A stretch of 64,000 nucleotides of DNA from assembly GCA_963761305.1 (NCBI GenBank), contig CAVXGK010000002.1, positions 1,856,001-1,920,000 on the forward strand, read 5' to 3'. The translations under genes and the position numbers were made by a program. Shown here one piece after another: positions 11,121 through 20,744 of this stretch (its first letter is position 1; every line of letters begins with the position of its first letter). Under the pieces are notes generated by a model that was not told the origin of the DNA, did not search any database, and worked only from the letters and a program-made list of their open reading frames with translations. Source of the stretch: an uncultured Gemmatimonadaceae bacterium. Its GTDB lineage: Bacteria > Gemmatimonadota > Gemmatimonadetes > Gemmatimonadales > Gemmatimonadaceae.

Positions 11121-11777
11121 CTATCCCCGAACGGCCGTCACGATGTCGCTGATGCGCGACGGATCCAGATCGCAGCGGGCGTGCACCTCGGTGACGCCAG
11201 TTTGGTCGACGAGTGTGCGAGCGTTCTCACCGCGAACTTTGCCGCCGGCCATGATCGTGATGCGGCCAAGGGATTCGTAGACGAGATCGCGCAGCATGTC
11301 GATGCCCTCGACGGCGGGGCCTGTGCCGCCGCCGGTGAGAACGCGATCCACGCCCGATTCGACGAGCGCTTCGAGCGCCGTCGCCGCGCTGCGCGCTTCG
11401 TCGAATGCGCGATGGAACGTGACGGGATGGAACGCCGACCGCGTGACCAGCTCGCGCGTGAGCGGGCGATTCACGTCCCCGTTCTGCTCCAGCGCGCCGA
11501 ACACGAAGCCGTCCACCCCGAGGGCGAGCGCGGCGTCGATCGACTTGCGCATCTGATCGGCTTCCGCCGGCGTGTACACGAACGATCCGCCGCGCGGGCG
11601 AATCATCACGAACAGCGGAATCTTCACCGCGCCCCTGACCGCGGTGATCAGCTCGGCGCTCGGCGTCGTGCCGCCGACGTCGAGCTGCGCGCACAATTCC
11701 AGACGTCCCGCGCCGCCTTTCGCTGCCGCGACGGCTGCTTCGAGGCTGTCGACACACGCCTCGACCAGCACGGTCAC
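11121..11777 (-). CDS. cutC: Copper homeostasis protein CutC
   Basis: LVEACVDS, RLELC, GGTTPS, MIRPRGG.F.Y, TFHRAFD; GTG start overlaps the upstream TGA. Confidence 0.93.
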   Translation of the reverse strand: MTVLVEACVDSLEAAVAAAKGGAGRLELCAQLDVGGTTPSAELITAVRGAVKIPLFVMIRPRGGSFVYTPAEADQMRKSIDAALALGVDGFVFGALEQNGDVNRPLTRELVTRSAFHPVTFHRAFDEARSAATALEALVESGVDRVLTGGGTGPAVEGIDMLRDLVYESLGRITIMAGGKVRGENARTLVDQTGVTEVHARCDLDPSRISDIVTAVRG

Positions 11778-12298
11778 CGTGCTGGCGGCCGCTCGTGAAT
11801 CGGATTCGCGTTGTACTCCCGCGATTTGCCCTTCGGAATAGTGATCCATTGCCAGTCGCTCGAGAGGATGCGCGCCAGAATGATGATCTGCCCGCAGTGG
11901 TTGGCGATGTGCGAGAGGGAACGCGTGAGCGCCGAGTGTACCGTCATCGGCTGACCGCGCACCGTCACCGTCGCCGTGAGGTCGGCGTCGGTGAGCGGTG
12001 TGAGCTCGGCGTCCAACGTATCCCAACCCTTGCTCCAGAGTGCCTGTGCGTCGGCGCGAGCGAAGGGTCCCTCGGTGAACTCTCCGTCGCGGTCGCGCCA
12101 AGGCTTCTCGCCGTCGGCCACGAGGAAATCGCTGAAGCGCGATGAGAGGTTTCCGCCGACGTGACGCATCAGCATCGCGACCGAGTTGCCGTCCTTCGAC
12201 AGGACGCGATTGAGTTGATCGTGGGGCACCTGCTCGATCGCCTTCTCGGCGGCGAGGCGCCAGCGCCGATACTCGTCGATGAAGTCCGTGATGTACAT
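11774..12298 (-). CDS. DinB-superfamily (DUF1572-like) protein
   Basis: NSVAMLMRHVGGNLSSRFSDFL..DGEKPWRDRDGEF and HIANHCGQI. Confidence 0.88.
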   Translation of the reverse strand: MYITDFIDEYRRWRLAAEKAIEQVPHDQLNRVLSKDGNSVAMLMRHVGGNLSSRFSDFLVADGEKPWRDRDGEFTEGPFARADAQALWSKGWDTLDAELTPLTDADLTATVTVRGQPMTVHSALTRSLSHIANHCGQIIILARILSSDWQWITIPKGKSREYNANPIHERPPAR

Positions 12299-12350
12299 GG
12301 TATGTGTATCTTACGCGCTTCCCGTCCCCTGCTCCACGCCCGCCGTGCTA

Positions 12351-13523
12351 ATGAACTTTCACGACAAGCCGGTGTTTCCGCGCGGATTTCGATGCGCGAG
12401 CCGGAACTGCGGCCTCAAACCGTCCGCCAAGGATCTCGCGCTGTTCGTGAGCGAGGTGGATGCCGCTGCGGCCGCTGTGTTTACGCGCAACCAGTTCCCG
12501 GGCGCACCGGTTGTGCTCGGTAGAGAAACGATCCGCGGCGGCGTGCTCCGCGCGATCGTGGCGAACAGCAAATACAGCAACGTCGCCACCGGGGCGGAGG
12601 GGCTGGAATCGGCGCGACGGATGGCCACCGCCGCGGCGAACGAGATCGGCAGCGACGCGTCGCGAGTGCTCGTCAGCTCGACGGGCGTGATCGGCGTGCG
12701 GCTGCCGATCGAGACCGTCGAGCGCGGATTGGTCGGCATGTCGCAGGAGCTGGTCGCCGATCCGATCATCGGCGCGGAAGGGATCATGACGACCGACACG
12801 TACGCCAAGGCGCTGTCCGTGTCCGTGCCGGGAAGCAATGCGACGATCACCTGGATCGCCAAGGGCTCAGGGATGATCGAGCCGAACATGGCGACGATGC
12901 TCGCCTACATCTTCACCGACGCGGCCGTCGAGGCAGCGGCGCTCGACCGCGCGCTCCACGACGCGGTGCACGTCTCGTTCAACATGTTGTCGGTGGACAC
13001 CGACACGAGCACGTCGGACACGTGCGCGATTCTCGCCAACGGATTGGCGGGACCCGTCGACGCGCGCGCATTTGCCGACGCGCTCACGGCCGGGTGCATT
13101 CGCATGACCGAGATGCTGGCGCGCGACGGTGAGGGGGCCGAGCATCTCATTCGGGCCACGGTCCGCGGAGCGGAGAACGACGACGACGCGCGCCGCGTCG
13201 CGAAGTCGCTCGTCAATTCGCCGCTGGTGAAGACGATGGTGCACGGCGCCGATCCGAACGTCGGCCGGCTGTTGATGGCCGTAGGCAAATGCTTCGAGGT
13301 GATGCTCGATCCGAACGCGACGGACGCGTGGATCAACGGGCATCCGGTGGTTCGCGGCGGCCGGCGTCTCGACTTCGACGACGACGTTGTGCGCGCCACG
13401 CTCACCGCCGAAGAAGTCGAGCTCGTCGTGGCGCTCGGCGCGGGAGACGCGTCGGCGACCGCCTACGGGTGCGACTTGACCAAGGGCTACGTCGAGGAGA
13501 ACGCGGCGTACTACTCGAGCTGA
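12351..13523 (+). CDS. argJ: Ornithine acetyltransferase / N-acetylglutamate synthase ArgJ
   Basis: STGVIG, IMTTDT, KGSGMIEPNMATML autoproteolysis motif, DGEGA, SPLVKT, GCDLT. Confidence 0.93.
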   Translation: MNFHDKPVFPRGFRCASRNCGLKPSAKDLALFVSEVDAAAAAVFTRNQFPGAPVVLGRETIRGGVLRAIVANSKYSNVATGAEGLESARRMATAAANEIGSDASRVLVSSTGVIGVRLPIETVERGLVGMSQELVADPIIGAEGIMTTDTYAKALSVSVPGSNATITWIAKGSGMIEPNMATMLAYIFTDAAVEAAALDRALHDAVHVSFNMLSVDTDTSTSDTCAILANGLAGPVDARAFADALTAGCIRMTEMLARDGEGAEHLIRATVRGAENDDDARRVAKSLVNSPLVKTMVHGADPNVGRLLMAVGKCFEVMLDPNATDAWINGHPVVRGGRRLDFDDDVVRATLTAEEVELVVALGAGDASATAYGCDLTKGYVEENAAYYSS

Positions 13524-13563
13524 CTATTTCTCGCGGGTCCGGAGGCTGAGCGACCTCCCGCTG

Positions 13564-14001
13564 CTACGTCACCGCCATGCACTCGATCTCGACACGCGCG
13601 TTCAGCGCCAGCCCCGACGCCGCCATCGCGCTGCGCGCCGGCCGCCGCGCACGGAAGTACGAGAGATAGATCTCGTTGAAATCATTGTAGTCGCGAATGT
13701 CGGCCAGGAACACCGTGCACTTGACGACACGGTCCAGCCCCGAGCCGTTCTTCTCGAGCGTCGCCTTGATGTTGTTGAGCGCCTGCCGCGCCTCGGTTTG
13801 GAGGCCGCCTGGGACGAGTCGACCGCTCGTGTCCGTGCCGATCTGTCCGGCCAGATACAGCATCTCACCCACGCGAACGGCTTCCGAGAACGGAGCCGCG
13901 GGACGGGGAGACGGAATCCATTCCACCTCGAGCGCGTTCGGGTGAGCGCACGCGGTCGAGAGTGCGGAGGCTGCGAACACGATACCGATGAATCGTCGCA
14001 T
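13564..14001 (-). CDS. RidA/YjgF family protein with an N-terminal export signal
   Basis: PFSEAV, LYLAGQIG, VVKCTVFL, RPARS, VEIEC; N-terminus MRRFIGIVFAASALSTAC. Confidence 0.9.
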   Translation of the reverse strand: MRRFIGIVFAASALSTACAHPNALEVEWIPSPRPAAPFSEAVRVGEMLYLAGQIGTDTSGRLVPGGLQTEARQALNNIKATLEKNGSGLDRVVKCTVFLADIRDYNDFNEIYLSYFRARRPARSAMAASGLALNARVEIECMAVT

Positions 14002-14100
14002 GGTGGGCGGGCTCGGTGAGAGTTGCGCCGATGATGCACGCACAGGTGTCGCGGGGCTAGTGGGTGCGAAATGCGCCGGTGTCGCTAGAATGGTCACGCA

Positions 14101-15297
14101 ATGGCTCCATCTCTCGACCGTCGAAAATGGCTGGCCGCCGCATCGGTCGCGTTCGTGCTCGCGGCCACGATGGTCCCCACGCACGCGCCCGACCAGCCGT
14201 TCTCGACGTGCATCCTGTGCGGCGAGCAGGGCGGCGCCGATGCGCTGGCCAACGTGCTCTTGTTTCTCCCGATTGGTCTCGCGTTCGGCGCGCTCACACG
14301 ACGCGTCTGGACCACCGTGCTCGCCGCCGCGCTCTTCTCGACCGCGATCGAGATCACGCAAACGCTGGCCATCCACGGCCGCGACGGCGCACTCGGGGAC
14401 ATCGTCTTCAACACGCTCGGCGCGTTCATCGGCGGCTGGATCATCACGCGACGCGCGTCGCGACTGAGTGCGGGATCCCTGATGCAGTGGCGCGCCCGCG
14501 CCGCGATCGGCGCTGCGGGGGCGGCGATCGGTGTCGTACTTCTCACAGGGTTCGTCGCGACGCCAGTCTTTCCTCGAACCAAGTGGTTCGGCCAGTGGAC
14601 GCCCCAGTTCGGCGGGATGGCGTACTACGACGGTCGCGTCCTCGACGCCCGCATCGGCGGCCGATTCGTTCCGTCGACAGCTCTCGTGGACTCGGACGCC
14701 GTCCGAGCCAGTTGGATCCGCGGTGAGCCGCTCGTCGTGACGGCGACGGCAAGTCCTCCGACCGCGGACTTGTCGACGGTTTTCAGCATCGCCGACGAAT
14801 ACGAGCGGTTCATGCTCCTCCTCGGCGTCGACGGTCCGGACCTGAGCTTCGTTCTCGGAAGGCGCGCCACGAACGCGCGGCTCGTCGAGCCGGTGATTCG
14901 GATTCCGAATGCACTGCGCGGAGTACCCCCCGGAGACACGCTGGTGCTCGAGGCGCGGCTCGACGGCCGCGGCGTGTGTTTGGGTCGACGACCGGATTTT
15001 CGATGCGATCTCGGTCTCACGCCGGGGACGGGCTGGCAATTCCTCGTTCGCGTCGACGCGGTGCGGCGACACACGGCGATTCTCGACGCCATCTGGATTG
15101 GCGCGTTGGTGCTGCCGGCGGCATTCTGGTTCGAGAGCACGTGGATGGCGCTCATCGTTGCCGTGGCGATCTGCGCGGCGGCGCCGGCGGCCGTCGGGCT
15201 TCGCCAGTCTCCGCCGAGCGAGTGGGCCGGCGCGCTCGCCGGCGTCGCCGCCGGCCGGATCCTCGAGGCCTGGACGAGGCGCACGCGGCACCCCTAG
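14101..15297 (+). CDS. VanZ-family membrane protein
   Basis: DALANVLLFLPIG, STAIEITQ, GR...DIVFNTLG; several TM segments. Confidence 0.85.
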   Translation: MAPSLDRRKWLAAASVAFVLAATMVPTHAPDQPFSTCILCGEQGGADALANVLLFLPIGLAFGALTRRVWTTVLAAALFSTAIEITQTLAIHGRDGALGDIVFNTLGAFIGGWIITRRASRLSAGSLMQWRARAAIGAAGAAIGVVLLTGFVATPVFPRTKWFGQWTPQFGGMAYYDGRVLDARIGGRFVPSTALVDSDAVRASWIRGEPLVVTATASPPTADLSTVFSIADEYERFMLLLGVDGPDLSFVLGRRATNARLVEPVIRIPNALRGVPPGDTLVLEARLDGRGVCLGRRPDFRCDLGLTPGTGWQFLVRVDAVRRHTAILDAIWIGALVLPAAFWFESTWMALIVAVAICAAAPAAVGLRQSPPSEWAGALAGVAAGRILEAWTRRTRHP

Positions 15298-15341
15298 CGA
15301 CACCCAGGCAACGATTGTAGCCTCCCTGGTGTCACACAGGG
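15293..15341. promoter_or_regulatory. Putative PadR operator sites
   Basis: CCTAG-N6-CCAGG (15293-15308) and CCCTG-N8-CAGGG (15324-15341), just upstream of padR. Confidence 0.45.
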
Positions 15342-15357
15342 TAACCGGGAGCGCCCA

Positions 15358-15705
15358 ATGGCCGACGCGCAGTCAGACCTTCTCCGCAGCAGCCTCGATC
15401 TTCTCGTGCTGAAAGCCCTGTCGTGGGGACCGATGCACGGCTATTCGATCAGCGAGTGGATCGAGGGCGCGAGCGAATCCGTCCTCTTGCTCGAGGAAGG
15501 GACGCTCTACCCCGCCCTGCACCGTCTCGAACGGCGCGGATGGATCGCCGCCGAATGGGGCGTGTCGGACAACAATCGTCGCGCGAAGTTCTACAAGCTC
15601 ACGACTGCCGGGCGCGCTCGCTTCCGCGCCGAGTCGCCGGTGTGGCACAAGCACGCGAAGGCGATCGTCGCCGCGCTCGGACGGAAGACGCCGGAGCCGT
15701 CGTGA
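15358..15705 (+). CDS. PadR-family regulator (ADOP-associated type)
   Basis: LDLLVLKAL, HGYSI, GTLYPALHRLE, WGVSDNNRRAKFY. Confidence 0.95.
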   Translation: MADAQSDLLRSSLDLLVLKALSWGPMHGYSISEWIEGASESVLLLEEGTLYPALHRLERRGWIAAEWGVSDNNRRAKFYKLTTAGRARFRAESPVWHKHAKAIVAALGRKTPEPS

Positions 15706-18371
15706 GCGTCGGGAAGGGTTGGCGCCGGCTGCTGCGACTCTCGCGCGACGACGAGCATTCAGCCCGCCGCGACGTGGACGACGAGATCGCGTTTCATCTC
15801 GCGATGCGCGAAGAGAAGCTGCGCCGCCTGGGAGCCTCGCCCGGCGACGCGCAGTCCGAGGCTCGCGCCCGATTCGGCAACGCGGAGCAGGTGCGCGACG
15901 AGTGTGTCACCATCGACCAGCGGTACGCGCGCGAGGTGCGTCTCATGGAATGGCTCGAGTCCGTCTGGTCTGACCTTCGCTACACGTTTCGCACACTGCG
16001 CCGCGCGCCGGCGTTCACGCTCGTCGCCACGCTCACGCTGGCACTTGGCATCGGCGCGACGACGGCGATGTTCACGCTCGTCGACGAGATCCTGCTGCGA
16101 CCGCTGCCCTACCCCAAGGCGGATCGGATCGTCCGGCTCATTCAGTCGTACCCGGAGATTGGGCTCGACACGTGGGGCGTGTCGCAGGAAAACATCGCGA
16201 TGTACCGCGACCGCGCGACGGATTTCGAATCGTTCGCCGGGTATCGGTCGGCGGGAATGACGCTGACCGGCGACGGCCGCGCCGATCGCCTCGATGCTGT
16301 GTTGGTGACGGCGGACTTCTTCCACGTGCTGGGCGTCGATCCCGCGCGCGGTCGGCCGTTCACGCGTGCCGAAGACACCAAGGGAAACAACAACGTCGCC
16401 ATTCTAAGTGATGCATTCTGGCATTCGCGATTCGGTGGTCGCGCGGATGCGATCGGGTCGACGATCGACCTCGACGGCCGACCGGTTCGCGTGATCGGCG
16501 TGATGCCGTCGGGGTTCGGTTTTCCGCACGCCGAAACGCAGGTCTGGCTGCCCATGGGTCTCGACCCGTCGAGACGATTCGGCTGGATCAACAGCGGCAT
16601 CGCCCGTCTCGAGCCGGGTGTGTCCGTGACGCACGCGCGTCAGCAGACGACGGCGATCATGTGGGACTGGGCGCGACGAGCCCCGGACCTGGCCGGGCGA
16701 AAGTCGATCGACCCCGCACGCACGCACATGGCGACGATCGTCGCGCCGCTTCAAGAGGCGATGACGAAGCGGACCGCTCGCCCGCTCATGGTCCTCTTCG
16801 CGGCCGTCGGTCTCATTCTGCTGATCGCGATCGCGAACGTCGCCACGCTGCTCTCCGGCCGCGCGGCCATACGGCAGCGCGAGATCGGGCTTCGCGCGGC
16901 GCTCGGCGCGACCGGCGGCCGAGTGATGCGCCAGTTGCTCACCGAGAGCGTCACGCTCGCGATGCTCGGCGCGGCAGCGGGCGTCGGGCTGGCATTCGGC
17001 GCCGTGAGAGTCTTCACGCATTCGCGTCTCGTGGCGCTGCCGCGGCTGCAGGAGGTCCACGTCGACGGTCGCGTCCTCGCCGTGACGCTCGCGCTCTCCG
17101 TGCTGAGCGGAATCTTGTTCGGGCTACTCCCCGCGTTTCACAGCATGCGCGCGCGCACGACCGGCGAGCTCACGATGCGCGAGACGGCGCAGCGCTCCGT
17201 TCGCCGGTTGAACAGCGGTCTCGTCGTCGCGCAGCTCGCGTTGTCGGTCGTTCTATTGATCGCGGCCGGCCTCATGCTCGAGAGCTTCCAGCGCCTCACG
17301 TCGCTCGATCTCGGATTTCATCCCGAAGGCATCACGTCGGTCGCGCTACCGCTTCCACCCAAGTACAACAGCGCTTCGACGGCGAATCCGTTCTTTTCGA
17401 CGGTGCTCGAGCAGGTGCGGGCAACGCCCGGCGTGAAATCGGCGGCGCTCGCGTGGGGTCTGCCGTTCGAGGGCGAGTCGAACTACGACGGCTTTCTGGT
17501 CGCAGACCGTCCAGTTCCGCCGTCCGGCGCCGAGGGCCAGACGTACCAAGTTGGCGTGAGCCCCGGATACTTCTCGACGATGGGCATTCCGCTCCGGTTC
17601 GGACGAGACGTGATGGCGGCCGACGACACGACGGGAGTTCCGATCGCGCTGATCGACGAAGCGATTGCCAAGAAATACTGGAAAGGCACCGACGCGATCG
17701 GAAAACGAATTCGCGTCACCGGCGACACGACGTGGCTGACGATCGTCGGCGTCGTCGGCGCGATTCACGACGACGATGCGACGCGTTTGCCCGCGCCGCA
17801 TCTCTACGTCAGTCTCGCCCAGTTCGGCTCGCAGCGGGTGTCGCTGGCGATTCGCACCGGATCTGACGCCGGCGCCGCCCTCCGGTCGGCGCGGTCGACG
17901 CTCTCCAAACTCGACTCGTCCATTCCGCTCGACGGCGCGCGCACGTTGGCATCCGTCGTCGGAGACTCACTCGCCACGAAGCGGCTGACCGAAATCCTGC
18001 TCGCCGCGTTCGCCGCTGTCGCCGTGCTGCTGGCCGGCGTCGGCATCTACGGCGTGATGTCGCTCTCGGTCGCGAATCGCCGTCGTGAATTTGGCGTGCG
18101 ACTCGCCGTCGGCGCCGAACCGGGCGCGCTCGTCCGGCTCGTGTTGGGAGAGGGCGCCATCGTCGCGGCGACGGGCGTTGGAATCGGCGTGGTCGGCGCG
18201 CTCGTCGCGACCAGATGGATGGCATCGCTGCTGTACGACGTGAGTCCCACCGATCCGGTCATCTTCGTCTCGCTGTCGGTGCTGCTCGGCGCGATCGCGG
18301 TCGCGTCATGCTACGTGCCGGCGCGGCGCGCGTCGAAGAGCGACCCGCTCATCGCGCTGCGCGCGGACTGA
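15702..18371 (+). CDS. ADOP-type duplicated ABC permease
   Basis: VDDEIAFHL prefix, DLRYTFRTLRRAPAF, LALGIGATT, two FtsX-like halves, DPLIALRAD; GTGA overlap with padR. Confidence 0.94.
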   Translation: MSVGKGWRRLLRLSRDDEHSARRDVDDEIAFHLAMREEKLRRLGASPGDAQSEARARFGNAEQVRDECVTIDQRYAREVRLMEWLESVWSDLRYTFRTLRRAPAFTLVATLTLALGIGATTAMFTLVDEILLRPLPYPKADRIVRLIQSYPEIGLDTWGVSQENIAMYRDRATDFESFAGYRSAGMTLTGDGRADRLDAVLVTADFFHVLGVDPARGRPFTRAEDTKGNNNVAILSDAFWHSRFGGRADAIGSTIDLDGRPVRVIGVMPSGFGFPHAETQVWLPMGLDPSRRFGWINSGIARLEPGVSVTHARQQTTAIMWDWARRAPDLAGRKSIDPARTHMATIVAPLQEAMTKRTARPLMVLFAAVGLILLIAIANVATLLSGRAAIRQREIGLRAALGATGGRVMRQLLTESVTLAMLGAAAGVGLAFGAVRVFTHSRLVALPRLQEVHVDGRVLAVTLALSVLSGILFGLLPAFHSMRARTTGELTMRETAQRSVRRLNSGLVVAQLALSVVLLIAAGLMLESFQRLTSLDLGFHPEGITSVALPLPPKYNSASTANPFFSTVLEQVRATPGVKSAALAWGLPFEGESNYDGFLVADRPVPPSGAEGQTYQVGVSPGYFSTMGIPLRFGRDVMAADDTTGVPIALIDEAIAKKYWKGTDAIGKRIRVTGDTTWLTIVGVVGAIHDDDATRLPAPHLYVSLAQFGSQRVSLAIRTGSDAGAALRSARSTLSKLDSSIPLDGARTLASVVGDSLATKRLTEILLAAFAAVAVLLAGVGIYGVMSLSVANRRREFGVRLAVGAEPGALVRLVLGEGAIVAATGVGIGVVGALVATRWMASLLYDVSPTDPVIFVSLSVLLGAIAVASCYVPARRASKSDPLIALRAD

Positions 18372-18401
18372 TCGTTCCGCGCGCAACACGACCGACGAAT
18401 C

Positions 18402-19379
18402 TCAGAGCTTGTAGAGCGCCTTCGCGTTCTCGCCCATGATTTTCTTCCGCTCGGCGTCGGAGACATTGAGCGCGGCGAGGCTCGACTTCATCTTCGGAAT
18501 GCTGCCGATCTGGTGCGGGTAGTCACTGGCCGCGAGCACCTGCCCCGCGCCGGCGAAATCGACGCACAATCGCACGGCGCGCGGGTCGAAGTTCACACCG
18601 TCGTAATAGAAGTTTCGCAAATACTCGCTCGGCTTGATCGAGATGTCGGCACGACAGTCGGGGAACGCTTCCCATCCGCGGTCGAGACGCTCGACGAGAT
18701 ACGGAATCGCGCCGCCGAGGTGGCCGAGCACCCACTTGATGTTGGGGTAGCGCTCGGGGACGCCGGCGAAGACCAGCTTGGCAGCGGCGAGCGTGGTGTC
18801 CATGAGGAATCCGACAAGCGGCATCAGCCAGTAGTCCGTCATCGCCGCGACGCCGACCGGATCCGTCGGATGGATGTGGAGGATCGCGCCGAGGCGGTTG
18901 GCTTCGGCGTAGAGCGGCTCGAAGCGCCTGTCGGCGAGCGCGACGCCGTTCACGTTGCTGAACAGCATCGCGCCCGGCATGCCGAGTTGCGTCATCGCGC
19001 GCGTGAGCTCGGCGACCGACGCGGCGGGATCGCAGAGCGGGAGCGTGGCGAGCGCGGCGAAGCGCGGCGATCGCTCGCGCACGACGGTGGCGAACGCGTC
19101 GTTCACCAGACGCGCGAATCGAACGGCACGGTCGGGCGGTTCGACGTGCGTGCCGGGAGTGGTGAACGTGATGACTTGCGTGTCGACGCCCTCTTTGATC
19201 AGCACGTCCTGGCGATAGCCGATGTCGCGATGCCCGCGCACGGCGACGTTGTAGTCACCGGGATAGTGCAGGCACGGATTGCCTTCGGCGTCGATCGTGA
19301 GTTTGACCGCGCTGTCGCCGGCCTTGAGCGCGTCGAGGTATTCGGGTGGATAGAAGTGGTTGTGAACGTCGATCAGCAT
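18402..19379 (-). CDS. Amidohydrolase_2 family metal-dependent decarboxylase/hydrolase (ACMSD-like)
   Basis: MLIDVHNH, LHIHP, GHLGG, ASDYPH, GENA..L. Confidence 0.88.
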   Translation of the reverse strand: MLIDVHNHFYPPEYLDALKAGDSAVKLTIDAEGNPCLHYPGDYNVAVRGHRDIGYRQDVLIKEGVDTQVITFTTPGTHVEPPDRAVRFARLVNDAFATVVRERSPRFAALATLPLCDPAASVAELTRAMTQLGMPGAMLFSNVNGVALADRRFEPLYAEANRLGAILHIHPTDPVGVAAMTDYWLMPLVGFLMDTTLAAAKLVFAGVPERYPNIKWVLGHLGGAIPYLVERLDRGWEAFPDCRADISIKPSEYLRNFYYDGVNFDPRAVRLCVDFAGAGQVLAASDYPHQIGSIPKMKSSLAALNVSDAERKKIMGENAKALYKL

Positions 19380-19494
19380 GTCGTGGGATCTCGGGGAGAA
19401 GGCGGACTCGAGGACCACAGAAGGTAGACGGACCACCCCGTGGCGACGAGGAGGCGATTGTTGGATTTCGAATGCGCGAATCGACGGGCACGGC

Positions 19495-19681
19495 TGTCCC
19501 GAACGTCGGACGCGAATCTGTCCCGACCTGCGGACGATAGGGTCGCTCGCGATGCGTCGCCGATCACACAGCGGCCGGCGAGGCGAGGGGCTTGTGAAGG
19601 CATAACTGGCCCATTGGCAGCCACTTACAACCGCCCAGCCCGAGTTCCGTCGATTCGGCCTTAGCCGGGCATAGGCGGTGC
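19495..19681 (+). promoter_or_regulatory. Putative sigma54 promoter with tandem upstream activator-like sites
   Basis: TGTCCCGA-N4-CGGACG at 19495-19512 and 19519-19536; GG-CATAGGCGGT-GC at 19668-19681. Confidence 0.55.
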
Positions 19682-19739
19682 AAATCGCTGAGCTCAGATC
19701 GGCCGCAAACGAGCAGCGGATCTCAACAAGGAGCAAGCG

Positions 19740-20540
19740 ATGACAAGACACATGTGGATTCAGCGCTCGATTCCGTTGGCAGCCGCCGCACTCGTCGGCC
19801 TGGCGCCGGTGGTGATGGCGCAGGGTCAGCAGATGTTCGAGTGGAGCGGTCGAGTGGACCGCGAAGTTCAGATCGTGATGCGCGGCAGCCAGATCTCGAC
19901 GCGCAACATCGGCCCGACCGAGCCGGGGCGCGCGCGCGGCCGCATGCTCGCCGACATGCCGCGCATGGACGGACAGGTTCGCGTGCAGGTGCTGAACGGC
20001 CGAGGCAACGTGGACGTGATTCAACAGCCGAACTCGGGCAACGGGTTCACGACGATCGTCCGCGTTCAGGATCCGCGCAGCGGAGCGGACGACTATCGAC
20101 TCGTCGGCTATTGGCAGGGCTACTCCAACGGCGACTATGTCGGCTGGCCGGGACGCGGACGCAGTCGTGACTATCCGGACAACGGCGGGGCGAACGGCGG
20201 CTATCCAAACGCCGGCAACGGCGGCAACGGCCGCTACGGCGACCGCTCGATGTTGCACTGGAGCGGCAACGTCGACGACGAAGTCGAAATCAGAATTCAA
20301 AACGGACGCGTGGATTATCGAACTCTGCGCGGCAGAGAAGCCACGAACGTTCGCTCCGATGCGGGCGACATGAGCATGCCGCGACGCAACACGAGCGTGT
20401 CCGTAGTGCAGAACGCCGGTCGAGGCAGCGTGACGGTCGTACAGCAGCCCTCGGCGTGGAACAACTACACGACGGTGGTTCGAGTGCGCGATCCGCAGGG
20501 CGGCTATGGCTGGTACGACTTCAACCTGATGTGGCAGTAA
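19740..20540 (+). CDS. Secreted hypothetical protein with two repeated beta-rich domains
   Basis: Signal peptide and AAGGAG RBS; the pattern WSG.VD.EV...GRG.V.V.QQP...TT.VRV.DP occurs twice. Confidence 0.85.
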   Translation: MTRHMWIQRSIPLAAAALVGLAPVVMAQGQQMFEWSGRVDREVQIVMRGSQISTRNIGPTEPGRARGRMLADMPRMDGQVRVQVLNGRGNVDVIQQPNSGNGFTTIVRVQDPRSGADDYRLVGYWQGYSNGDYVGWPGRGRSRDYPDNGGANGGYPNAGNGGNGRYGDRSMLHWSGNVDDEVEIRIQNGRVDYRTLRGREATNVRSDAGDMSMPRRNTSVSVVQNAGRGSVTVVQQPSAWNNYTTVVRVRDPQGGYGWYDFNLMWQ

Positions 20541-20596
20541 CGATCAACTGACGGGTTCGAGATCGCGCCGCTATTGCGATTCGCGATTCTCGAAAG

Positions 20597-20639
20597 ACGG
20601 CGGCGTAGCGGCGAGTCCGCTACGCCGCTGTTTTCTTTT
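20597..20639 (+). terminator. Intrinsic terminator
   Basis: ACGGCGGCGTAGCGG-CGAGT-CCGCTACGCCGCTGT followed by TTTCTTTT. Confidence 0.85.
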
Positions 20640-20744
20640 GTTGGCCTACCGCGCCTCGGTAGTCCCACACATTCTTCAACGAACCCTCGGAATCGGAAGT
20701 GCTTCATGGCGGCCAGGACCGGCGTTCGCGATCGGCGTTCACTC

